Assembly: GCA_002762735.1 (NCBI GenBank)
Contig: PCVV01000009.1
Location: 1-48,060 of the forward strand
Source of the DNA: Candidatus Pacearchaeota archaeon CG11_big_fil_rev_8_21_14_0_20_30_13
Lineage (GTDB): Archaea; Nanobdellota; Nanobdellia; Pacearchaeales; GW2011-AR1
Length of the DNA stretch: 48,060 bases
Direction of reading: 5' to 3'
The notes under the pieces: model-generated
Database searches by the model: none
The model's input: the letters and a program-made list of their open reading frames with translations, nothing else
What the model was told of the DNA's origin: nothing
Part shown: positions 9,281 through 16,913 of the stretch, piece by piece
Numbering within the stretch: the stretch's first letter is position 1
Layout: each line of letters begins with the position of its first letter
Position numbers and translations under genes: made by a program

Positions 9281-10111
9281 ATGTTACAACCTAAAAAGAA
9301 ATCATTTGGATATTACATCTATTTGGGCTATCTTTTTTCATCTAAAAAAGATCCATCCATAAATCAAGTTAAATTAATGATGAACCTTTCACAAATTGAT
9401 GATTCTATTTTAATAATTGATGATCTCTTGGATAAGTCTAAAAAAAGAAATGGAAAAAAATGTTTGTATCTTAAAATTGGCATTAAAGAGGCCAAAATTG
9501 AAGCTAAAAAAATTGAAAAAAAGGCTAAAGACAATTTAAAAATTTTAATTAAAGAGTTTGATTTGAAAAAAAAAGAGAAAGTTTTGGAGATATTCGAAAA
9601 ATTTTTAAGTGAAATTAAAGAAGGCCAAAAAATTGACCAAATAAATTCTCACTTTCACAAATATGATAAAATGCTCGAAAAGAGATATTTTAAAATGATA
9701 AAACTTTTTACGGGGGGTCAGATAAAGAGGGGTTTAGAAATTGGACAAATTTTTGGGAACGGAAGAATAAATAGAACTTTAAGTAAAAATGCCGAAAGAA
9801 TTGGAATGATTAGGCAAATCCTTGATGATTTCGAAGACTATTTTAATCTCCATCATGAACCATTAGGAGATTTAAAAAACAATTCTAACCGATTTCCTGA
9901 AATTGTTTTTATGAAAGAAGGGGGAAATAAAAAAGAAATTTTTGATTTATTAAAACAAGAAAAGTATGCCTTAATAAAAGAAAAAATTTTGAATAAAAAA
10001 GTTAGAAAAGATATTTTTTTATATTGCAAATCCATTTATAAAAAACTAGATAAAAACTTAATTGAATTATCTAGATTAGAAATTCCAAACTTCCAAAAAA
10101 TTATTCAGTAA
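9281..10111 (+). CDS. short, divergent trans-isoprenyl diphosphate synthase-like protein
   Basis: 276-aa ORF. ILIIDDLLDKSKKRNGK matches the first DDxxD...RxG motif, EGQKIDQ matches GQxxD, and RQILDDFEDY matches the second DDxxD. The N-terminal region is shorter than in canonical enzymes. Confidence 0.6.
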   Translation: MLQPKKKSFGYYIYLGYLFSSKKDPSINQVKLMMNLSQIDDSILIIDDLLDKSKKRNGKKCLYLKIGIKEAKIEAKKIEKKAKDNLKILIKEFDLKKKEKVLEIFEKFLSEIKEGQKIDQINSHFHKYDKMLEKRYFKMIKLFTGGQIKRGLEIGQIFGNGRINRTLSKNAERIGMIRQILDDFEDYFNLHHEPLGDLKNNSNRFPEIVFMKEGGNKKEIFDLLKQEKYALIKEKILNKKVRKDIFLYCKSIYKKLDKNLIELSRLEIPNFQKIIQ

Positions 10112-10113
10112 AT

Positions 10114-11133
10114 TCATGAAAAATTCTCCTTAAGAACTTCTTCTCTATCAAATGTAGGATATTCCTCAATTTTGTAAACTTCAAATTTACTTGTTAAGTT
10201 TAATACTTTTTTTGGATTTAAAATTAATTGGTCCTTCTCTTTGTCTAAAAAGAAATCAGTTGAGGAAAGAAATTTTTTGTTCGATTTTTTAGTTGAAAAA
10301 TAAACTACTGTTCCTTCACCGGTTTTTTTTGAAAATGGAATAATTTTATAATTTTTTAATCTATTTTCATATTGAGACCAATTTTTCAATTTTGAAGTGC
10401 AAAGATGAATATCTATTTTTAATTTCTCCTTTTCTAATCTTTTTATCAAATTTTTCCCGGAAGAAATGGATTCCTTTACAGTATATCCCCCTTTATTTAA
10501 TTTGTACCTTTTTAACATTAAAGCACCCAAGACTTCTCCTACCTCTAGTTCATTTAAATTTAAAAAAGAGATTTCATCTTTAATCTTAATAATAAAATTA
10601 TAAATCTCTTCTATTTTATCTGGAAAGCAAGGGATTTCAATTCCAATATTTTCTTTTTTCCAAAACTTTTTGGCAAGCTTTATTTTTTCTATTTCTTCAG
10701 AAATATTTTTAGTTAAATCTGGATGAAATCTTACTTCATCTACAAATTCTGAAAGTACTTTTAAGTTTTTTTCATTTACTAGCTTTGTTGAAAGATAAAT
10801 ATGAATGTGAAATTTTTTTCCAAATTTTTTCTTTAATGCTTTTCCTAACTTTTTCGTTCTTGCTAGTTTTAAAAGAGGATCTCCTCCAGTTAATGAACAC
10901 CCTTTTGCACCTGAATTTTCTACTTCTTTTACCAAGTCAGTTATAATCTTTACTGGTCTTTCATTTGCATAAATTTTGTCTACATTTTTTCTCATTTTGG
11001 AAAGTGGACAAAAATCGCAACCTCTTGAACATAATCCCGTAACAAAAAGAACTAATTTTTTTCCCTTTACACACATTTGACAGCCCATTGGAAGATTTCC
11101 AGAAAGATAAGATCCATAATTTGTTTTTTTCAT
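10114..11133 (-). CDS. radical SAM protein
   Basis: 339-aa ORF with CSRGCDFCPL (CxxxCxxC) near the N-terminus and a GGDPLL motif. It starts 1 nt after the Fur-like gene. Confidence 0.8.
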   Translation of the reverse strand: MKKTNYGSYLSGNLPMGCQMCVKGKKLVLFVTGLCSRGCDFCPLSKMRKNVDKIYANERPVKIITDLVKEVENSGAKGCSLTGGDPLLKLARTKKLGKALKKKFGKKFHIHIYLSTKLVNEKNLKVLSEFVDEVRFHPDLTKNISEEIEKIKLAKKFWKKENIGIEIPCFPDKIEEIYNFIIKIKDEISFLNLNELEVGEVLGALMLKRYKLNKGGYTVKESISSGKNLIKRLEKEKLKIDIHLCTSKLKNWSQYENRLKNYKIIPFSKKTGEGTVVYFSTKKSNKKFLSSTDFFLDKEKDQLILNPKKVLNLTSKFEVYKIEEYPTFDREEVLKENFS

Positions 11134-11134
11134 T

Positions 11135-11554
11135 TTATTTTTTTAGACAGTCTTGACAAATGCCAGTTAAGTCAATTTGAAAATGGCAAACTTCTTCAAC
11201 TATCCCACTTTTTAAAAAATCTACTTTTTTTATATCTAAGTGTTTTGTTTTTTTGCAAATTTTACAAGTAAAATGACAATGATTCTCTTTATTTGTCGAA
11301 TATATTGCTCTTCTATTACAAAGATAAGAATGAAGTTTTCCTTCGTTTTGAAAATCTTTTAAAAATCGATAAATTGTTGCAATTCCGATTGTTGTATCTT
11401 TTTTTATAATTTCTTTGTGAAGTGTTTGTGCATCGAAAAAATTACTAAAATTTTTCATTTCATTTTTTATTAACTCGGCTTGTTTGGTCTTTCTTTGTCT
11501 CATCTTATTGATAATCAAAATCAATAAGCTTTTTAAACCTATTTTTTTATTCAT
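11135..11554 (-). CDS. Fur-family metal-responsive transcriptional regulator
   Basis: 139-aa ORF. Winged-helix IATIYRFLKDFQNEGKLH, metal site HCHFTCKICKK and C-terminal CQDC. The true start may be the internal Met at 11503. Confidence 0.7.
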   Translation of the reverse strand: MNKKIGLKSLLILIINKMRQRKTKQAELIKNEMKNFSNFFDAQTLHKEIIKKDTTIGIATIYRFLKDFQNEGKLHSYLCNRRAIYSTNKENHCHFTCKICKKTKHLDIKKVDFLKSGIVEEVCHFQIDLTGICQDCLKK

Positions 11555-11724
11555 TATATGCTAAACACCATTTGGATCTACTCTTTAGTAAGCATTTTTG
11601 TTACAAAAAAGAAAATTTAAAATTAGAAGATAATCCAGAAATCCCTGGGGAATATTATTTTTTTGTGGAAGGGGTAGAAACAAAATGTTGGATTCCACGC
11701 AGATAACTTAAAAATATAGCTTTA

Positions 11725-11898
11725 ATGAAAAATAGAAGCAAAGATATTTTGACTGTCTTAATTCCATCAGAAATGATTTACGAAATTAATCGTAAAAAGA
11801 AAAATACGGACTTTAACTCAATTTACACTTTTTTTTGTGAAGCTTATAATAACAAGCAAACAGATTTCGAAAGTGGGAAAAAAGAGAATAGTTTATAA
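11725..11898 (+). CDS. possible small ORF (57 aa), RHH-like pattern
   Basis: Manual translation: MKNRSKDILTVLIPSEMIYEINRKKKNTDFNSIYTFFCEAYNNKQTDFESGKKENSL. Its stop lies inside the TATA-like element of the S19e operon. Weak evidence. Confidence 0.25.
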   Translation: MKNRSKDILTVLIPSEMIYEINRKKKNTDFNSIYTFFCEAYNNKQTDFESGKKENSL

Positions 11899-11901
11899 AC
11901 C
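11890..11901 (+). promoter_or_regulatory. BRE/TATA-like promoter element of the S19e-L39e-L31e operon
   Basis: AGTTTATAAACC lies about 75 nt upstream of the S19e ATG. The same TTTATAAACC-type motif recurs upstream of other operons in this window. Confidence 0.45.
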
Positions 11902-11972
11902 AAGATTTCTGAATACTTTTAAGTTAAATGAACTTCGGTTCAATTTATTTCCGAAAGGAAAGCTAAACTAAA

Positions 11973-12398
11973 ATGACAAGTGTATTTGAAATAAATGCTC
12001 AAGAGTATAATTTAAAGTTAGCAGAGGCTTTGAAAAAAATTCCAGAATTCAAAGAACCAGATTGGGCAAAATTAGTAAAATCTGGTCCAAGTAAAGAAAG
12101 ACCAATCGATGATTTAGATTTCTGGCATAAAAGAGCTGCAAGTATTTTAAGACAAATTTACAAAAAGAAAATTGTTGGAGTCAGCAAACTAAGAACAAAA
12201 TATGGTTCTAAAAAAAACAGGGGATTCAAGCCAGAAGAATTTAGAAAAGCAGGTGGAAAAATAATTAGAACAATCTTACAACAATCTGATAAAGCTGGTT
12301 TCACAGAAATTGCTAAAGATATAAGAGACGTTAGAAGTAAAAAACCAGGTAGACAATTAACCAAAAAAGGAAAAGATTTCTTGGAGGCAATAAAATAA
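11973..12398 (+). CDS. rps19e: 30S ribosomal protein S19e
   Basis: 141-aa ORF. DWAKLVKSGPSKERP ... FWHKRAASILRQIY is typical of eS19. Confidence 0.9.
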   Translation: MTSVFEINAQEYNLKLAEALKKIPEFKEPDWAKLVKSGPSKERPIDDLDFWHKRAASILRQIYKKKIVGVSKLRTKYGSKKNRGFKPEEFRKAGGKIIRTILQQSDKAGFTEIAKDIRDVRSKKPGRQLTKKGKDFLEAIK

Positions 12399-12399
12399 A

Positions 12400-12603
12400 A
12401 TGGGAATTAAATACAAGAGGAAAAAAGAAAAGTTAACAACTAAAGGAAAGCAAACTAAATGGGCTCCAGTTTGGGCAGTTTTAAGAAAATTTGGACCTGG
12501 AAAAAGAATCCACCCTTCTGTTATAACTCATGAAAAAAGATCATGGAGAAGAACTAAACTTCATATTAAACCAGGAATAAGAAGAAAATCTCATTTCGGA
12601 TAA
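12400..12603 (+). CDS. rpl39e: 50S ribosomal protein L39e
   Basis: 67-aa basic ORF. KWAPVWAVLRK ... HPSVITHEKRSWRRTKL matches the eL39 pattern (VPxW ... HP ... WRRxKL). Confidence 0.8.
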   Translation: MGIKYKRKKEKLTTKGKQTKWAPVWAVLRKFGPGKRIHPSVITHEKRSWRRTKLHIKPGIRRKSHFG

Positions 12604-12607
12604 GAAA

Positions 12608-13219
12608 ATGGCAGAAAAAGAAATAAAAAAATCAATAAAGGTTGAAAAAGAATACGTGATTCCCTTAAGAGAAAAATGTAGGCCAAGTCCTAGTTATAAA
12701 AAAACTCCTAAGGCAGTTAAAACAGTAAAGGAATTTCTAGTTAAACATATGAAGATTAGAGATAGGGATTTAAACAAAATAAAAATTGATTCTTATTTGA
12801 ACGAACAACTTTGGATAAAAGGAATAAAAAAACCAATTTACAAAGTTAAAGTCAAAGCAGTAAAAGAAGGAGATATTGTGAGGGTTTATGCGACAGATTT
12901 GCCTTCTAAATTAAAGTTTAAAAAATTAAGAGAAGAAAAAGGTGAAATAAAAGCCAAGATAGATGCAGAAAAACAAAAAACTTTGATGGAAAAAGCAAAG
13001 GAAAGTATAAAGGGTAAAAAAGATTCTAAGGAAGATTCGAAAGAGGAGAGTACGGAAGAAAAAATTGAAGAAGAAGAAAAAGAAGAAACTTCCAAAGTAG
13101 CACAAGAGCAAATCGAAAAAGATAGTACTAAATCTATGAAACATGTTGCAAAGCCAAAATCTACTAAAGAGAGTAGAAATGCTCAGGTAGGATATAATTC
13201 AACTTCAAGAGGCCGTTAG
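12608..13219 (+). CDS. rpl31e: 50S ribosomal protein L31e with long Lys/Glu-rich C-terminal extension
   Basis: 203-aa ORF. The first ~90 aa (EKEYVIPLREK ... IKIDSYLNEQLWIKGIKKPIYKVKVKA) match eL31. The rest is a K/E/S-rich low-complexity tail. Confidence 0.85.
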   Translation: MAEKEIKKSIKVEKEYVIPLREKCRPSPSYKKTPKAVKTVKEFLVKHMKIRDRDLNKIKIDSYLNEQLWIKGIKKPIYKVKVKAVKEGDIVRVYATDLPSKLKFKKLREEKGEIKAKIDAEKQKTLMEKAKESIKGKKDSKEDSKEESTEEKIEEEEKEETSKVAQEQIEKDSTKSMKHVAKPKSTKESRNAQVGYNSTSRGR

Positions 13220-13852
13220 TTATTTCAGAATTTTCCCTGTTTCCAAATACCACAAATATAAATCGAGTTCTCCTAAGTGAAGTCCAGTTTTTTTACTTAT
13301 TTTCTTAAGTGCATTTTCAATTTCGAGATATCTTTTTGGGGTTAAACTTTTGTTTCTTGGTTTTTCAATTAATCCATATCTTACAAGCAAGTCAATGATA
13401 TGGAAATCAATTATCGCAAGATTTTTATAACCAATATTTCTCAAGAAGTGGCTTGCTTCTTTCATTCCGAGACCCTTAATATTTTTCACAACCCATTCTC
13501 TTAAAATAAGATCGTCTTGAATTTTTATTAGTAATGCGATCAAATCATCTTTTTTGGAACGTGATTCAACTATATATTTAGCTCTTGTATTTGGAAATCT
13601 ATGACCAAGTGAGGTTAATTTTTGTGAAAGCTTTTTTTCATTTAATGTTAAAAACTCATTTCCTATTTCTTTTTGGATTTTTATCCCTCCTTGAGCTGAA
13701 AAGTTTGCTGTCATAAGACAAAAACAAAGTTCTTTGAAAATTTCATTTGACCCAGAAGAACCTATTTTTTCAAATTCTTTTGAACGCATATCAATCTCTT
13801 TTTTAATTTTAGAATTTCTAAGATTTTCAATTTCTTTGATTAACTTTTTCAT
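13220..13852 (-). CDS. ogg: 8-oxoguanine DNA glycosylase/AP lyase, archaeal Ogg2-type (HhH-GPD)
   Basis: 210-aa ORF. IKGLGMKEASHFLRNIGYKNLAIIDFHI is the HhH plus catalytic Lys/Asp pattern of Ogg2-type enzymes. Confidence 0.75.
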   Translation of the reverse strand: MKKLIKEIENLRNSKIKKEIDMRSKEFEKIGSSGSNEIFKELCFCLMTANFSAQGGIKIQKEIGNEFLTLNEKKLSQKLTSLGHRFPNTRAKYIVESRSKKDDLIALLIKIQDDLILREWVVKNIKGLGMKEASHFLRNIGYKNLAIIDFHIIDLLVRYGLIEKPRNKSLTPKRYLEIENALKKISKKTGLHLGELDLYLWYLETGKILK

Positions 13853-14478
13853 CTTATTTTTTTTATTTTATCTAACAAGTCATTTTTTTTAATTTTAGAA
13901 GTGTGAGTTTTTCCAAATCTTACAAGGATAGGATTTATTTCACTCCAAATTTTTTTAGGAAAAAGTTCTTTCAGAGATTCTTCAACTATCTCAGGTTTTT
14001 TTGAATTAACCCATTTAAGATAATTAGAAATATAATTTACATGGGTGTCTACCCCAATTGCGTCGTGATTAAACTCAGATAAAAAAACGTTTGCAGTTTT
14101 TCTTCCAACTCCAGGTAAAGAGATGAGTTCTTCAAAATTTTTTGGAACTTTTGAATCAAATCTTTTTATAATTTCTTTTGTACAATTGAGGATATTCTTA
14201 GATTTATTATGATAAAAATTGATGGGGTTGATTAGTTTTTCAATTTTTTTTAGTTTTGCCTTAGAAAGTTTTTCAACATTAGGAAAATTCTCAAAAAGAT
14301 TTTTACAAACTTTTATTGTTATCTCATCTCTAGTTCTTGCAGAAAGAATAATTGAAATTAAGGTCTGAAAAGGAGTCTCCCATCTTTCCCCCGCAAGTCT
14401 TATTAGGGGAATTTCGTTTTTCAAGGCTTCAAGTTGTTTAAGTGCTCTTTTTTCTGAAATTTTATTTATCTTCATCAT
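13849..14478 (-). CDS. nth: endonuclease III-like HhH-GPD glycosylase lacking the C-terminal 4Fe-4S cysteines
   Basis: LISIILSARTRDEIT, LPGVGRKTANVFL and GVDTHV motifs. The C-terminus (LVRFGKTHTSKIKKNDLLDKIKKIR) has no Cys. The ORF-track start at 14514 is TTG, so I prefer the ATG pair at 14478/14475. Confidence 0.8.
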   Translation of the reverse strand: MMKINKISEKRALKQLEALKNEIPLIRLAGERWETPFQTLISIILSARTRDEITIKVCKNLFENFPNVEKLSKAKLKKIEKLINPINFYHNKSKNILNCTKEIIKRFDSKVPKNFEELISLPGVGRKTANVFLSEFNHDAIGVDTHVNYISNYLKWVNSKKPEIVEESLKELFPKKIWSEINPILVRFGKTHTSKIKKNDLLDKIKKIR

Positions 14479-14704
14479 CAAATTTTTTGATTGAAATTTT
14501 GAAAAGAGGATCAAGATATTTCATCACTTCTGCAAGAGATTTTTCACGTTTAATTTCTTCTTTTTTTCTTTTATTCAAAATGGCACATAAGAGTTGAATA
14601 AAATATTTAGGGTTAGAAGTTTCACCAATCACAACGACTTCTATCTCCTCTTTTTCATTATACTTTTTTTCAGTCTCATAAGAAGATTCATTCCTGGGTT
14701 TCAT
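14462..14704 (-). CDS. hypothetical small protein at the head of the Nth-Ogg string
   Basis: 80-aa ORF overlapping the nth start by about 17 nt. No motif recognised. Confidence 0.4.
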   Translation of the reverse strand: MKPRNESSYETEKKYNEKEEIEVVVIGETSNPKYFIQLLCAILNKRKKEEIKREKSLAEVMKYLDPLFKISIKKFDDEDK

Positions 14705-14722
14705 AAGAAATTCAATAAATAA

Positions 14723-14735
14723 TTATATAAAAACC
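14723..14735. promoter_or_regulatory. TATA element in a 48-nt divergent intergenic region, possibly serving both directions
   Basis: TTATATAAAAACC sits about 22 nt from the minus-strand ATG (14704) and about 22 nt from the plus-strand ATG (14753). Confidence 0.4.
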
Positions 14736-14752
14736 CTTTTATTCGTTTTTTG

Positions 14753-15448
14753 ATGTTACAAAAATTAACTAAAGAAATTCAAAAAAGTTATTCTAAAGAA
14801 AGGGCAGAACATTCCAAAAGATTTTTCAAAACAGGAGTTGGAGAATACGGAGAAGGAGATATTTTCTTAGGTTTAAGTGTTCCGGAACAGAGAGTTTTAG
14901 CCAAAAAATACTCTAATCTTTCAATGCCCCAAATTCAAAAACTATTGGATTCAGAAATACATGAATATCGGCTGATTGCAGGGTTAATTCTAATAAAAAA
15001 ATTTGAAAAAGATCCAGAGGTAATCTTTAATTTCTACATAAAAAATGCTAGAAGGTTTAACAATTGGGATTTAGTTGATTTAACTGCTCCGCGAATTGTT
15101 GGAAATTTTCTTAAAGATAAAAACAAAAAAATTATCTATGATCTTGCGAGATCTAAAAATATTTGGGAAAAAAGAATTGCAATTGTTTCGACATTATATT
15201 TTATTGTAAAAGAAAACAATTTTTCAGATACTCTTAAGATTTCAGAAATTATTTTGGGAGATTCACACGACTTAATTCACAAGGCTGTAGGATGGATGTT
15301 AAGAGAAGTTGGAAAACGAAATGTTGAAGTATTAAAAGATTTTTTGAAAATAAATTACAAAAAGATTCCAAGAACTGCTCTTAGGTATGCAATTGAAAAA
15401 TTCCCAGAAGCTCAAAGAAAAAAATTCTTAAAGGGCAATTTTAATTAA
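14753..15448 (+). CDS. DNA alkylation repair protein (AlkD/AlkC-like HEAT-repeat glycosylase family)
   Basis: RFFKTGVGEYGEGDIFLGLSVPEQRVLAKKY is the characteristic N-terminal motif of this family. The ORF-track start at 14750 is TTG and the ATG is at 14753. Confidence 0.8.
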   Translation: MLQKLTKEIQKSYSKERAEHSKRFFKTGVGEYGEGDIFLGLSVPEQRVLAKKYSNLSMPQIQKLLDSEIHEYRLIAGLILIKKFEKDPEVIFNFYIKNARRFNNWDLVDLTAPRIVGNFLKDKNKKIIYDLARSKNIWEKRIAIVSTLYFIVKENNFSDTLKISEIILGDSHDLIHKAVGWMLREVGKRNVEVLKDFLKINYKKIPRTALRYAIEKFPEAQRKKFLKGNFN

Positions 15449-16281
15449 ATATATTTTTTTCTTTTTTTGATAAATCCTCCGTGAAATTCTAATATGTTTT
15501 GTTCAATAATTAATGCTGATTGGTCGACGGACAAAATTGTATCTTTTATTTTTACAATTTCAAGTCGAGTAATTAATGTAAATAAGATTTCAATTTTTCT
15601 GTTTTCAGATAAATGTCCTTTTTCTCCCAAGTAAACTGTAATTCCTTTATTCAAATCTTGAATTAAAATTCGCCGTATTTCACTACTTTTGTCTGAAATG
15701 ATCGTAAGACCTCGATATTCTTCGAGCCCCTGTGAAACAAAATCAACAGTTTTTGATGCAATAATGTAAGTTAAAATTTAATAAAGTGCGGTTTCAATTT
15801 CCAAAAAGAACGTAGCAACACTAAATATTATAATATTTAATCCAAAAATTATTTCCCTCATCGATAAACCAATTTTTTTGTTTAAGTAAATTGATAAAAT
15901 TTCAGTTCCGTCAAGCATACTTCCTCCTCGAGCAGACAAGCCAATTCCAGTACCAATAAAAAATCCTCCAAAAATTGCAACTAAAAGTTTATCTTGTGTA
16001 ATTATGGGAAACTCTATAAGTCTCAAAATTATAACCAAAATGAAAATTCCACTGACCATTTTTACTGTAAATTGTTTTCCTATTTGCTGTTTTGCAAGAA
16101 AGAAAAAAGGTACATTTAAAATAAAAATTAAAACGTCCAAAGTAATAGGCGTTAAAAAACTAATTAAAAGAGAAATTCCTGTCACTCCACCGTTGATAAA
16201 TCCATTTGGGATTAAAAAACTCTTTATACCAAAGGCAACAAAAATAATTCCCGCAAAAGTGTAATGTACTCTTTTAGATAA
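15445..16281 (-). pseudogene. YitT-family membrane protein (DUF161 repeats + DUF2179) with an in-frame TAA and no canonical start
   Basis: ORFs 15778..16185 and 15445..15654 are in the same frame (531 nt apart). An in-frame TAA at 15778..15780 separates ...FLEIETALY from ILTYIIASKTVDFVSQGLEEYRGLTII... The frame also stays open upstream of the GTG at 16185 (LSKRVHYTFAGIIFVAFGIKSFLIPNGFINGG), but with no ATG/GTG/TTG back to the stop at 16282..16284. The total of about 278 codons matches a full-length YitT. Confidence 0.7.
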
Positions 16282-16397
16282 TTATACTTCTTTTTTAATC
16301 CCATAAAAAAATAAAAACGTACTTACTTAAAACTTTTTTGTTACTCAAAGAATATTAAACTATACATAACTAAAATTCCTAAAATAAAAGTAATAAA

Positions 16398-16517
16398 TTA
16401 TAAAATAGATTTGGAAATTTTTGTTTCTTTCTTTAATTCAGGAATAAGGTCATTTGCAGTAATATACAAAAATCCTCCTGCTGCAAATGAAATTAAAAAT
16501 CCACTTATGTTTTCCAT
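16398..16517 (-). pseudogene. C-terminal remnant of a ZIP-family metal transporter
   Basis: Manual translation: MENISGFLISFAAGGFLYITANDLIPELKKETKISKSIL. This matches the conserved last TM of ZIP/ZupT proteins (..AFAAGxFLYVAxxDLxPE..). The frame closes 9 codons upstream of the Met and abuts the next gene, so only about 40 codons survive. Confidence 0.45.
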
Positions 16518-16549
16518 AATAAAAAAAGATTTTAAGGATTTTTATACAA

Positions 16550-16813
16550 TTATATTTCTGGAAAGATCTTTTCCTCGCGGGGTTTACGCCACTTTTTTAG
16601 AACAATCTTGAAACCGATTACTTTAGCAGTATAATATTCTCCTAGTTCTTCTAATAATTTGTCTGCAAGAATCTTTACATCTCCCTTATTCTCTCTTGCA
16701 GAACGCAGAACTGAAATTTTTAGAGTTCTTACTTTTTGAAAGTGAGTTTTCAAAGTTGAAAGAAAATTTTCGGTAATTCCATTCTTCCCTAATTGTATTT
16801 CACTTATTGCCAT
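16550..16813 (-). CDS. YhbY/CRM-domain RNA-binding protein
   Basis: 87-aa ORF. IQLGKNGITENFLSTLKTHF ... LKISVL ... AKVIGFKIVLKK follows the YhbY (CRS1-YhbY) pattern. Confidence 0.75.
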   Translation of the reverse strand: MAISEIQLGKNGITENFLSTLKTHFQKVRTLKISVLRSARENKGDVKILADKLLEELGEYYTAKVIGFKIVLKKWRKPREEKIFPEI

Positions 16814-16913
16814 TTGTTTTTTAAGAATTTTGATTTTATAAATTAGAGGAATTATGTTTCAACGAAGAATATGAGAAAAGTGTCCATTTAGAATGAGAAA
16901 TGTTTAATTAAAT

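Noticed and set aside
12886-13144. Two minus-strand ORFs (69 and 72 aa) inside the L31e tail
   Set aside because: They are the complement of the GAA/AAA-rich K/E tail (giving poly-Phe/Ser/Leu) and are not credible proteins.
16411-16611. 66-aa plus-strand ORF
   Set aside because: It is antisense to the ZIP-like remnant and to the 3' end of the YhbY gene. The minus-strand reading carries a recognisable conserved motif; this one does not.
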